DNA from: an uncultured Undibacter sp.
GTDB lineage: Bacteria > Pseudomonadota > Alphaproteobacteria > Rhizobiales > Xanthobacteraceae
Direction of reading: 5' to 3'
NCBI GenBank assembly: GCA_964372105.1
Contig: CAYJPU010000002.1
Coordinates: forward strand, 3,037-67,036
Length of the DNA: 64,000 bases
How positions within the stretch are numbered: the first letter of the stretch is position 1; every line of letters begins with the position of its first letter. The notes beneath the pieces are model-generated. The model did no database searches. It was not told where the DNA came from and worked only from the letters and a program-made list of their open reading frames with translations. Made by a program: the position numbers and the translations under genes. Below, piece by piece: positions 8,996 to 18,353 of this stretch.

Positions 8996-9049
8996 ACCAC
9001 GAAGATCGGGGTACGGTGAACGATCCGGGTGGATCGAAAAGTTCCGTCG

Positions 9050-10165
9050 CTATGGCGAGGCGCTGAGTTCATCCAGGGCTCTTGAAAAGCCGGCAAAATC
9101 GCCCGGCATGACGTGAACATAGCGTTGCGGCGCGCGTGAGCAGAGCAGGTGGGCGTCGGAACTTTGCGGACCGACGAACACGATCGGCCGGTTGGAGAGA
9201 ATGCAGGCATAGACTTTCGAGGGAAACACGATGCCGGAAAACTCCGGCCGCAACGCGATGAGATGCGCGTCGGCGGCCGCGAGCAGCGCGGCAAAATCAT
9301 CAAGCGCCACCGGCGGAGTGCGCGCCACCGGCGCGCCGATGTCGCGCAGGCGGCGCTCGAGGATGTCGGCATTGTTGCCGGAAGCGTTCAGCCACAGTCC
9401 GAACCGGTCGGCGCCCATTTGGTGGTGGCGCGCCAGCCCCAGCGCCACGGTCTCGAGTTCATGCGCCACGCCGTAGTTGCCGGAATAGAGCAGCACCTTG
9501 CGGCCTTCGAGGGCGGCCGGCTTGGGAGCCGGGGTCTCCCGGCCGGTGATCGGAACTGGCGTGGTGTCGCGCTTGACGGTGATTCGTTCCGGCGGGATGC
9601 CGCCGCGCAGCAGCAATTCGCGCTGGTCCTCGCCGAGCACTTCAAAGGAATCGACCCGCAGGCGCAGCCACCAGGTGAACCGTTCCAGCAAGCCGAACGC
9701 AAGCGGGCGCCGGCCCATGTGGGCGATGATGGCCTCGGGGTAGAAATCGGTGATGCGATAGATCAGCCGGGCACCGCGCAAATGTTTCAACGCGACCGCG
9801 AAATACAGCATGAAGGGCGGCGCGCCGGTGAACTGGATGGTGGCGTTCCGCGAGCGCGGATGCCGCAGCACGGCGAAGGACAGCCGGATGTTGGCTCCCA
9901 GCGTCCACAACAGCCGGCGCAACAGGCGGGTCTTTTCGTAGGGCTTCGCGGACAACGATTTGACGGTGAGGACCCCGGCGGTTCCGGGCGCGGAACTGAT
10001 CTGCTCTCCGCCGGCGTCACGCGTCAGGCCGATGAGGTGAACCTCATGGCCGTCGGCGGCCATCTTCTGCGAGGTAATCAGGGCATATTGCCCCACGGCG
10101 CCGAAATTCGGCGGCAACCAGTCGACGACGTAGAAGAGGGGCTTTTTTTGTGCCGCTGCGTCCAT
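9050..10165 (-). CDS. Glycosyltransferase, GT4 (WbuB/WcaI-like)
   Basis: DWLPPNFGAVG, APPF, DFYPE, LLYSGNYGVAH and FPSKVY motifs. Confidence 0.85.
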   Translation of the reverse strand: MDAAAQKKPLFYVVDWLPPNFGAVGQYALITSQKMAADGHEVHLIGLTRDAGGEQISSAPGTAGVLTVKSLSAKPYEKTRLLRRLLWTLGANIRLSFAVLRHPRSRNATIQFTGAPPFMLYFAVALKHLRGARLIYRITDFYPEAIIAHMGRRPLAFGLLERFTWWLRLRVDSFEVLGEDQRELLLRGGIPPERITVKRDTTPVPITGRETPAPKPAALEGRKVLLYSGNYGVAHELETVALGLARHHQMGADRFGLWLNASGNNADILERRLRDIGAPVARTPPVALDDFAALLAAADAHLIALRPEFSGIVFPSKVYACILSNRPIVFVGPQSSDAHLLCSRAPQRYVHVMPGDFAGFSRALDELSASP

Positions 10166-10469
10166 CGGTATTGGTCGGTCGTGGCTTGATTTTGAAGCAC
10201 TACCATTATACCAGAACGGTAACGCTTTACTCTACTATTGCGTGCAGTGCAAAATCAACACCCTCAACGTATGGTAGTTCTTAAAGAAATGCCATATAAA
10301 TTGCGGGTTCAATCATCTTGCTACAAAGGCAGGTACTTGCCGCAGGTTGTCGTGCGGTTTCGACCGCCGAAATGGCGACGTGAGCCGTTCCGGACCGGAG
10401 CTTGCATTCGCGTTTAAAGATGCTCCGTTTCGAGACTTCGTAAGCGGAAGCAGGCCGGGGAATCAGGAC

Positions 10470-10853
10470 TTGTTCGACCTGCATTGTCATCTTCTGCCCG
10501 GCACCGATGACGGTGCGAAAAATATAGAGATGTCCCTGGCGATGGCACGCATTGCAGCAGCCGATGGCATTTCCGTAGTTGCCAGCACCCCGCATATTTT
10601 TCCGGGTATCGACAACAACACCGGGCCGGCAATTCGTACCGCGGTCGCGCGCCTGTGGGATGCAATCGTTTATGCGGGGATTCCGGTCCGGCTTGTGACC
10701 GGAGCCGACGTGCATATTGCGTCCGATCTGAGGACTCAGTTGATCGACGGTCGTGAGCCAACTCTCACTCAATCCGAGTATTTCCAAATTTCAGCCAGGC
10801 CGCGCCGCGCGTCGGAACGTCGTCGGCGTGGAGCGGTGTTTTTAAGCGCGTGA
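10470..10853 (+). pseudogene. Truncated CpsB/CapC-family PHP tyrosine-protein phosphatase
   Basis: DLHCHLLPGTDDGA...STPH...GADVH...TL.QSEYF matches the N-half of CpsB/YwqE. It stops after about 127 aa without the AHPER or SDAH motifs, and wza starts 11 nt later. Confidence 0.8.
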
Positions 10854-10863
10854 TGCGAGGCGG

Positions 10864-11601
10864 TTGATGACTCGGTTTAGGCTTCTAGGGAGATTGACGC
10901 TTCTGCTGGCGGCACCGTTGCTGCTGTGGAACTGCGCGCAAGATCAAAGCAAGCCGGCGCAAGTCGCGGTCGCCGAGAGCCAGACGGTACAGTCGGGCTC
11001 CGCTTCCAGCCTTGCCCCTATCGACGCTCTGGCTAAAGAAAACGCGAGTGGCGTCGACTACCTTATTTCAGCGCGAGATATTATCGATGTCACTGTGTTC
11101 CAGGTGCAGGAACTGAATAAGACCGTGCAAGTGAGCGAGGACGGGCACATTTCCTTGCCGCTCGTCGGCAAGATTTCGGTTGCCGGAAAGAGCGCTCAAG
11201 AGACCGAAAAAATCATCGGCGACAAACTCAGGCAGAAGTATCTGCGATCACCCCAGGTCTCGGTTTTTGTCAAACAGTACGGTCAGAAAGTAACTGTGAA
11301 CGGGGAAGTCAGGACGCCCAGGGTCTTGGCCATCGAAGGAAGGCTGACCCTTACGCAGGCGATCGCCAATGCCGGTGGTTTAGGAGATCTCGCTGATACG
11401 AGCCGCGTGCATATCGCACGAACGCGCAATCAGACCGTTTCGGATGAAGTCTATAACTATAGCGACATCCTTGCCGGCAAGGTGAACGATCCAGTGCTGC
11501 AAGGCGGGGATCTGGTAGTAGCGGAACAGTCTGGATCCAGGGTGGCTATCAAGAACGTGAAAGACCTGCTGCCGTTCGCGATATTCGCGTCGATACTTTA
11601 G
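10864..11601 (+). CDS. wza: Polysaccharide export protein (Wza/OPX family lipoprotein)
   Basis: Signal peptide with lipobox-like LLWNC; YLISARDIIDVTVF, DGHISLPLVG, VTVNGEV and AIANAGG (SLBB) motifs. Confidence 0.88.
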   Translation: MMTRFRLLGRLTLLLAAPLLLWNCAQDQSKPAQVAVAESQTVQSGSASSLAPIDALAKENASGVDYLISARDIIDVTVFQVQELNKTVQVSEDGHISLPLVGKISVAGKSAQETEKIIGDKLRQKYLRSPQVSVFVKQYGQKVTVNGEVRTPRVLAIEGRLTLTQAIANAGGLGDLADTSRVHIARTRNQTVSDEVYNYSDILAGKVNDPVLQGGDLVVAEQSGSRVAIKNVKDLLPFAIFASIL

Positions 11602-11635
11602 CCAGTTCTCTGGATGAAATGAGCGGAGTCTGTGA

Positions 11636-13966
11636 ATGGTTGCGCCAAACTTCACCTTTGATGCCGATGGCCGATCCGGGGGCCTGCCTTCCCTTCAGAA
11701 CGGCGGCCCGGCCGTGATGGCGCGCTCCAGCGCAAGTGCCCGACCCGAAGAACTCTACAGCGTCCACGAAAGCAAGATCTCGGAATATCGTCGGTTTGTT
11801 TTTTGGCTGTTTGGCCTGGCGATGAAATATCGCCTGCTGATCGCAGGGATAACAATTCTCTGTTTGTCGATTGGCTTTATAGCAACATTCACGTCAACGC
11901 CGATCTATCGTGCGCAAGCGACCATCCAGATTGACCGCGAGGCGCCCAAGGTCGTTAAGATGGATACCATCGGTGTTGACCGGGATACCGGCGACATTTT
12001 GAGATTCTATCAGACGCAATACGACTTGCTCAAAAGTCGGTCTCTGGCGGAGCGTACGGCTGCAGACCTCGATCTTGGCAACGCGGAAGGTTTTATCAAT
12101 CCGCAAGCGACGTCAGCCTGGGGGCGGCTGAGGGGCATGATATTTAAGAGTGCGCCGAATGACGCGCGCAATCTCGTTCAAAAAAAAGCCGCGGCCGCTG
12201 GTATCGTACAAGGGGGCTTGGGCGTGCGGCCCATCCCAAATTCCCGCCTCGTCGCGATCACGTTTGACAGTCCCAGTCCGGAATGGGCCGCCCGTGTAGC
12301 GGACGGTGTGGCGGAGAGTTTCATTCGTGCGAACCTCGATCGGCGCTTTGGCGCAACTTCTTATGCGCGAAATTTTTTAAAGGAACGCCTGGAGGAACTT
12401 AAGCTCAAATTGGAAGAATCCGAAAAGTCCTTGGTTGCTTACGCCGACCAGAGCGGGATTGTCACAGTTACAGTCGGCGACGGCAAACAGTCGTTGATAG
12501 ATACCGATCTGTCGGCCTTGAACACCAATCTCCAAAAGATTTCCAGCGAGCGCTTGACGGCTCAGGAACGATGGGAGCGATTGAAGGACAGCAAAGGAAT
12601 CGCTTTGCCGGTCATCCTTGAGGATAAATCCATCCAGAGCCTGCGTGAGCGGCGGATCGCCCTGATGGCCGAATATCAGGACAAGCTCGCGACGTTCAAG
12701 CCGGCCTATCCGGAAATGGTAAGGCTAAAGACCCAGATTGATCAGATCGACCAGTCGATAAATTCCGTCGTCAAGGTCATCAAGGACTCGACGAAGGCTA
12801 AATATGAATCCGCGGTCGAGCAAGAGCTGCTGCTGAAGAAGCGTATCGACGAGAAAATAGCGGGAATGCTTGATATTCGAAACAAGCAGATTCAATACAA
12901 TATTCTTAAGCGTGAAGCTGATACCAACCGAACTCTATATGACGGCCTCCTCCAGCAGTACAAGGACGTCGGCGTTGCTGGTGCGGTCGAATCCAACAAT
13001 GTTGCGATCATTGATCGTGCGCAGCGGCCGGGCGCGCCATACAAGCCGAATCTCCGTCAGAATCTCTTTTTGGCGTTTATCCTTGGATTGTTGGCGTCGG
13101 GGGTTGCCATCGGCATTTTTGAAATTCTCGACGATACCTTCAAGTCTCCGGAGGAAGTCGAGGAGCAGCTGGGGCTGGCGGTGCTCGGCATCATCCCCTT
13201 CATCGAGGGTGAACTCATCGCGGATATCACGGGGTCGTCGAATTCTCCTGTCGCGGAGGCCTATCGATCGTTCCGCACGGCCTTGCAGTTTTCAACTGAC
13301 CAGGGAGCGCCCAAGAGCATCCTCGTCACGAGCGCGCGGCCCGGAGAGGGAAAATCGACAACCGCCCTCGCTCTGGCGGTCAATTTTGCTCAGCTCGGCA
13401 TGAAGACATTACTGATTGATGCCGACCTCCGGAACCCTTCGCAACATCACAATCTCAAACGCGAGAATGTTTCCGGGCTGGCGAATTATCTTGCGGGCGC
13501 GCCAGCGAACGGCAGTTTGTTCCAGGAAACGGAAATCAAAGGATTGTACTTCATGCCGACCGGCCCGCTCCCGCCGAATCCGGCGGAGTTGCTGGCGGGT
13601 TCCAAGATGATGTCGCTTTTGTCGGCGGCCGGCGAGAAATTTGACGTTGTGATCGTGGATGCTCCGCCGGTCATGGGTCTAGCCGATGCGCCTTTGCTTT
13701 CAAGCATGACTGCTGGAACCCTTCTGGTCATGGCAACCGCAGATACCCGGCGCGGTATTGTGAAGGCCGGGCTGAAGCGTCTCCACTTTGCGCGGGCGCG
13801 CATGGTCGGTGCGGTTATGAACAAATATGATTTCCGTACCGCCAGTTACGGTTATGGCTACGGCTACGGCTATGGTTACGGTTATGGCTACGGTTACGGC
13901 GCCGTTGAGCATTACGGATATGGCCAGAAGACGGCGCCCGCTCAGGTGGAGCACTCCAGGAGTTGA
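11636..13966 (+). CDS. wzc: Polysaccharide co-polymerase / BY tyrosine kinase (Wzc/GumC)
   Basis: Two TMs flanking a coiled-coil; Walker A SARPGEGKST, LIDADLRNP, VIVDAPP; Tyr-rich C-terminal cluster. Confidence 0.93.
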   Translation: MVAPNFTFDADGRSGGLPSLQNGGPAVMARSSASARPEELYSVHESKISEYRRFVFWLFGLAMKYRLLIAGITILCLSIGFIATFTSTPIYRAQATIQIDREAPKVVKMDTIGVDRDTGDILRFYQTQYDLLKSRSLAERTAADLDLGNAEGFINPQATSAWGRLRGMIFKSAPNDARNLVQKKAAAAGIVQGGLGVRPIPNSRLVAITFDSPSPEWAARVADGVAESFIRANLDRRFGATSYARNFLKERLEELKLKLEESEKSLVAYADQSGIVTVTVGDGKQSLIDTDLSALNTNLQKISSERLTAQERWERLKDSKGIALPVILEDKSIQSLRERRIALMAEYQDKLATFKPAYPEMVRLKTQIDQIDQSINSVVKVIKDSTKAKYESAVEQELLLKKRIDEKIAGMLDIRNKQIQYNILKREADTNRTLYDGLLQQYKDVGVAGAVESNNVAIIDRAQRPGAPYKPNLRQNLFLAFILGLLASGVAIGIFEILDDTFKSPEEVEEQLGLAVLGIIPFIEGELIADITGSSNSPVAEAYRSFRTALQFSTDQGAPKSILVTSARPGEGKSTTALALAVNFAQLGMKTLLIDADLRNPSQHHNLKRENVSGLANYLAGAPANGSLFQETEIKGLYFMPTGPLPPNPAELLAGSKMMSLLSAAGEKFDVVIVDAPPVMGLADAPLLSSMTAGTLLVMATADTRRGIVKAGLKRLHFARARMVGAVMNKYDFRTASYGYGYGYGYGYGYGYGYGAVEHYGYGQKTAPAQVEHSRS
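13847..13900 (+). repeat. Hexamer tandem repeat (TAY GGY)x9 encoding (YG)9
   Basis: tac ggt tat ggc tac ggc tac ggc tat ggt tac ggt tat ggc tac ggt tac ggc. Confidence 0.9.
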
Positions 13967-13969
13967 GCA

Positions 13970-14614
13970 ATGCCGCGCCGGCAAGCCATCGATCTGGCGC
14001 TTGATCTCGCCCGCATGCCAGCCTTGGCGCGCGACTCTGTTGCGCCGCCGATACCGCCGGACATCATTGAGTTGATGCGCATCGCGGCGGAGCAGCCGCA
14101 GGCTTGCGAGTCCGCCGCCTCACGCACAGGCGAAGCGCAGCAGGTTTTGATCGACGCTGCGCGTTTCTATCTCCAGCAGGCGCTGTTCCGGAAGGATGCG
14201 GATTGCTACCGTATCCTGGGCGTCGAGCCGGCGGCGTCGCGCGCCACCGCACGCAGTCATATGCGCTGGTTGTTGCAGTGGTTGCATCCCGACCGTAACA
14301 ACAGTTTGGACGCCATGTATGCGGAACGCGTGCTTAACGCATGGCACCAAGTGTCGTCCGCTGCCGAGAGCGGAGAGCATCCGGTTCGACCGCGCGTGCG
14401 CAACAAGAGATCGATACGAAGTCGAAGGGAAGGGGGTTCGACGCGCCTGCCGTGGATAGAAATAGAGCGGCCCAAAATGTCAGTTCAGAACGGATACCGC
14501 ACATTCGTCATGTGGGTTGTGCCGGCCGGTCTGATCATCGTGCTCCTCGCACTGTCTTCGGCGGTGTTCTATTTCGGCTCGGAACAATTACTAGCAACGA
14601 CGCTGCCCCGCTGA
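13970..14614 (+). CDS. J-domain-containing protein with C-terminal TM anchor
   Basis: YRILGV...LLQWLHPDRN...VLNAW J-domain pattern with HPD; hydrophobic C-terminal helix. Confidence 0.8.
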   Translation: MPRRQAIDLALDLARMPALARDSVAPPIPPDIIELMRIAAEQPQACESAASRTGEAQQVLIDAARFYLQQALFRKDADCYRILGVEPAASRATARSHMRWLLQWLHPDRNNSLDAMYAERVLNAWHQVSSAAESGEHPVRPRVRNKRSIRSRREGGSTRLPWIEIERPKMSVQNGYRTFVMWVVPAGLIIVLLALSSAVFYFGSEQLLATTLPR

Positions 14615-14648
14615 ACGCGCCGGCCCTAACATCGGGTGACCGCAGAAA

Positions 14649-16115
14649 ATGCCTTCCAAGCAAGAGTCGCGACGTCGTCGTAGCCGATCGCACGAGGATG
14701 CGACAGCGCGGCTTATTGGTATTGTGCGCAGGCTGGCTGGAATAGCTGCTGGTCAAGGCTCAGGAAAGAAACGGGGGAGGCGGCGCCACAGTTCGCGGAA
14801 AGTTGAACCTGAAAGTCGTGCCGTCGAACAGGAAGCGCCGATCGTTCGGCAAAAGCTCAGCCGCATCGGCCTGAGTGTCGCCGCCTGCGGCGGTCTTGCT
14901 TTCCTGTATCTCGGTTGGAATATCGTTGCTGACACGCGAGCGTTCCGTCTGGCCTTGTCGGAACCGGAGTTGGCAATCGAGTGGAATGCGAGCGAATCTC
15001 TGGCCCTGGAGTTGTTGGCTGAGCGGAACCTGGCGTCGCCCGAGGGGAGGCTTGACGACGCGCGGGTCTGGGCCGAGCGTGCGCTCGTCGCCAATCCGCT
15101 CGACTCCCGCGCCATCTCCGTGCTTGGCCAGATCGCCGAGAAGAAGGGCGATCATGAGCGCGCCGATCGTATGATGCGACTGGCCGGCGAACGGACATGG
15201 CGTGACAACAGCACCCAATCCTGGCTGTTTGATCGTCACGTTCGTCGCGGCGAGTTTTCCGACGCTCTGCCTCACATCGATGCCGTGTTGCGGACCAATC
15301 TCGATCTGCAGAGCCAGCTTTTACCCGTGCTGGCGAGCTTTACTGTCAAGCCGCCTGCGTTCAAGGCGCTGACGGATTTCCTCGAGACAGCACCCCCTTG
15401 GCGCACCTGGTTCCTGTCGGAACTATCGGCGCGTCTTGCCGACCGTGCACGTTTGGTCGAACTCTTCAATGCGCTGAAGGTGTCGGCGCAGCCCCCGACC
15501 AAGGATGAACTGCAGGCCTATATCAATCGACTGGTCAACGACGGCAGTTTCGACATTGCCTACGAAACGTGGCGCGAGACGCTGCCGGCATCGATGCGCG
15601 GCAATATATCGGTTCCTTATAATAAGGACTTCGAGGCGGCGGTGGATCGGATGCCATTCAACTGGGTGGTCACCCAGGTGGCAGGCGCCGACATTCAGGT
15701 TGTGCCGTCGCCGGACGGGGGCACTGCGCGCGTTCTACGCGTTGAGTTCTCCGGGGCGCGGGTGAATTTCGCCAATGTCCGGCAGGTCGTGCTGCTACCG
15801 CCTGGCGACTATATTTTTCTTGGGAAAGTGAAGACCGAAAGGTTGGCGGGGCCGCGCGGCCTCTGGTGGAACATTCTCTGTGCCGGAAAGCCGCCGCAAA
15901 GCCTCGCTCACACTGAACTGGCAATCGGCACCGCCCCGTGGACTGATTTCTCGATAAATTTCACGGTGCCCGCGACAGGCTGCACTGGACAAGTATTGCA
16001 ACTAGAATTGCCGGCCAGAATACCGTCAGAGCATCTGCTGGAGGGGCAGGTCTGGTACCAGCAGCTTCGAATTTTATCGTCCCGGGACGGTACAAAGGCA
16101 CCGAAAACGAACTAG
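14649..16115 (+). CDS. Membrane-anchored TPR-like protein with C-terminal beta-sandwich (possible carbohydrate-binding domain)
   Basis: N-terminal TM; helical repeats (AERALVANPLDSRAISVLG); NKDFE...PFNW and QVVLLPPGDY motifs resembling CBM-like domains. Confidence 0.65.
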   Translation: MPSKQESRRRRSRSHEDATARLIGIVRRLAGIAAGQGSGKKRGRRRHSSRKVEPESRAVEQEAPIVRQKLSRIGLSVAACGGLAFLYLGWNIVADTRAFRLALSEPELAIEWNASESLALELLAERNLASPEGRLDDARVWAERALVANPLDSRAISVLGQIAEKKGDHERADRMMRLAGERTWRDNSTQSWLFDRHVRRGEFSDALPHIDAVLRTNLDLQSQLLPVLASFTVKPPAFKALTDFLETAPPWRTWFLSELSARLADRARLVELFNALKVSAQPPTKDELQAYINRLVNDGSFDIAYETWRETLPASMRGNISVPYNKDFEAAVDRMPFNWVVTQVAGADIQVVPSPDGGTARVLRVEFSGARVNFANVRQVVLLPPGDYIFLGKVKTERLAGPRGLWWNILCAGKPPQSLAHTELAIGTAPWTDFSINFTVPATGCTGQVLQLELPARIPSEHLLEGQVWYQQLRILSSRDGTKAPKTN

Positions 16116-16225
16116 GCGAAATACTGCTAACATTTTGATATCTCGTCTGTATTCTGTTTTTATATTCTGATTGCGTGTGTCGTATAATTTGCTATACTAA
16201 TAGTAACACAACTAGAGGTGTCATT

Positions 16226-16483
16226 ATGCGCGGAACGTTGGCGATTGCCTTGGTGTCTTCGCTGGTATTTTCTTCTTATGCCTTCGCGCAAGCGAATTCT
16301 CCGGCGCCCGTTCCAAATCAGCCACAACAGGCTGAGCAGTCGGATGGTCTGACGGCTTTTGGACAAGCCCCTCCACCGGGCCTTGATACGACGACGCTTC
16401 TGATCGGCGGCGGCATTGTTGTTGGCGGCGGCGTGCTGATCGGCGTCTTGGTCAACAATGCCAACCGTTCCACGAGTCCTTGA
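16226..16483 (+). CDS. Small exported protein (85 aa): signal peptide, Pro/Gln-rich linker, Gly-rich C-terminal TM
   Basis: GAGGTG RBS; MRGTLAIALVSSLVFSSYAFA-QANSPAPVPNQPQQ...LLIGGGIVVGGGVLIGVLVNNANRSTSP. Confidence 0.75.
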   Translation: MRGTLAIALVSSLVFSSYAFAQANSPAPVPNQPQQAEQSDGLTAFGQAPPPGLDTTTLLIGGGIVVGGGVLIGVLVNNANRSTSP

Positions 16484-16539
16484 CCAAATCTTGCTTAGGC
16501 AGGTTTTAGATAGCGCTACTACCCCGCGCCTATACAAGT

Positions 16540-18096
16540 GTGGGTGGCATTCTTTTAAAGTTGTGCGCGTCCATCTCGCATAGATACACGCGAGCACTGA
16601 TACACGCGAGCACTGATACACGCGAGCACCCGGCCTTCGAATTGCGCGCGCATGTGGCCCCCAGCACTTTCTTCCCACGCATCGCTAGCAACGCGTTAGC
16701 GCCCTATACGTTTTTTATCGTCCTTCTGTCGCTGCTTCTGGGCGGTGGCGCGCGTCAGGGGCTTTGGTCGGACGCGGTGTTGCAATTGGCCGCTTTGCCT
16801 TTGCTCGGTATCGCCCTATTGATGGTCGTGCCGTCGCAACTCAACCGCTCCGGCCGATGGGCCATCGGTCTCGTTTCTGCAATTGTCATGCTTCCGCTGT
16901 GCCAGTTGATCCCGCTGCCGCCTGCGATATGGGCTGCGTTGCCGGGTCGCGCGGAAATCGCCTCCGCTTATCAAGTCGCGGGAATGACGACGCCGTGGTT
17001 GCCGATCAGCCTCGATCCAGCCAGCACGTGGCGCGGGCTCATGTCGCTTCTGCCGGCGGTGGCGGTATCCCTCGCGATGCTTTCGCTTGGCGCGCGAACG
17101 CGCCGTCTCGTGGTGGGCGCCATCCTTGTCGTCGTCTTTATCAGCGTCGGGCTCGACCTTCTGCAGATGATGGATGACGACGCCGGCACCTGGCGCTTCT
17201 ACGCCATCACCAATCCGGACCGCGCGGTCGGCTTTTTCGCCAATGCCAACCACAACGCGGCGATGCTTTATTGTGCCGTGCCGTTCATCCTCGCCTGGGC
17301 CATCGGCCTGCTGCGTGACCGCCGTCCGTTGCGCGGCCTCGGTCTTACGCTGCTGTCGTTGCTGATTGTTGCGGTCATCATCGGGCTCACCGTGACGCGC
17401 TCGCGCGCGGGGATAGCGCTGTTAGGCGTTGCCGGATTGGCCTGCATCTTTTTGGCTTGGCGGCACGACCGCGGCCAGACGAACGGCCGACTGCTGCCCT
17501 TCGTGCTGGGTGCCAACCTGATCGCGGGCCTGATCGCGTTCCAGTTTGGCTTCGTCAATATTATGCAGCGGGTCGAACAGTCCGAGGTCATCGAGGATAT
17601 CCGCTGGTCGGTGGCGAAGGTGACGACCGAGGCGGCGCTCGCGCACATGCCGTTGGGCAGCGGCTTCGGCACCTTCGTGCCGGTCTACGACCGCTTCGCG
17701 CCGCGCACGCTGCTCATGGACCGCTACGTCAATCATGCGCACAACGACTGGCTCGAGCTTTGGCTCACCGGCGGCGTGCCGGCGATCGTGCTGGTCCTCT
17801 GTTTTCTCGGCTGGTTTGCTGCCGTGAGCGCTTCGGCGTGGCGGGAGAACCCCGGCAACGGCGCCGTCCTCGAGGTCGCGCTGGCGCGCGCGGCGTGCAT
17901 CGTCATTTGCCTGCTTATGCTGCATTCGCTGATCGATTACCCGTTGCGCACCGCGGCCCTGGACGTGCTTTTCGCCATTTGCTGCGCGCTGTTGATGCCT
18001 TTGCGTGACGCGGCTCGCGCCGAGGACCTGCCGGCGGCGGATCGCCCCGCCGACAAGACAAAGACCGGTGTAATTCGCGACGCGCGTTACGCTTGA
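16540..18096 (+). CDS. O-antigen ligase / Wzy_C family membrane protein
   Basis: Many TMs; GFFANANHNA, TRSRAG, PLGSGFGTF, HAHNDWLE and HSLIDYPLR motifs. The true start may be downstream (e.g. GTG 16654). Confidence 0.88.
   Translation: MGGILLKLCASISHRYTRALIHASTDTREHPAFELRAHVAPSTFFPRIASNALAPYTFFIVLLSLLLGGGARQGLWSDAVLQLAALPLLGIALLMVVPSQLNRSGRWAIGLVSAIVMLPLCQLIPLPPAIWAALPGRAEIASAYQVAGMTTPWLPISLDPASTWRGLMSLLPAVAVSLAMLSLGARTRRLVVGAILVVVFISVGLDLLQMMDDDAGTWRFYAITNPDRAVGFFANANHNAAMLYCAVPFILAWAIGLLRDRRPLRGLGLTLLSLLIVAVIIGLTVTRSRAGIALLGVAGLACIFLAWRHDRGQTNGRLLPFVLGANLIAGLIAFQFGFVNIMQRVEQSEVIEDIRWSVAKVTTEAALAHMPLGSGFGTFVPVYDRFAPRTLLMDRYVNHAHNDWLELWLTGGVPAIVLVLCFLGWFAAVSASAWRENPGNGAVLEVALARAACIVICLLMLHSLIDYPLRTAALDVLFAICCALLMPLRDAARAEDLPAADRPADKTKTGVIRDARYA
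16583..16630 (+). repeat. 16-bp tandem repeat x3 (GATACACGCGAGCACT)
   Basis: Units at 16583-16598, 16599-16614 and 16615-16630 (last base differs in the third). Confidence 0.95.
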
Positions 18097-18353
18097 GCCA
18101 GGATTTGGGTCCCGCTTGGCGATTTGACCGGCGCGGAGGTGCGGTTTTTCCGTTTACAACTTACGCGCTGTCCTGCTACTAATCTATTGGTTTCTTGGAG
18201 ACTTTCAGGGTCCCGCTCCTGGTGGTCCGACCTCGCCGGACGATTTCACCCGGACTGCGGTAGCGTGGAATATTTTTTAAAATCGCGCTCCGGTTGTGGT
18301 AGTTATTACACGGTTGAATCGACGGCTCGCACAAGCGAGCCCCATGACAACAC

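Noticed and set aside
16583-16630. CRISPR array
   Set aside because: Contiguous 16-bp units with no spacers, and no cas genes.
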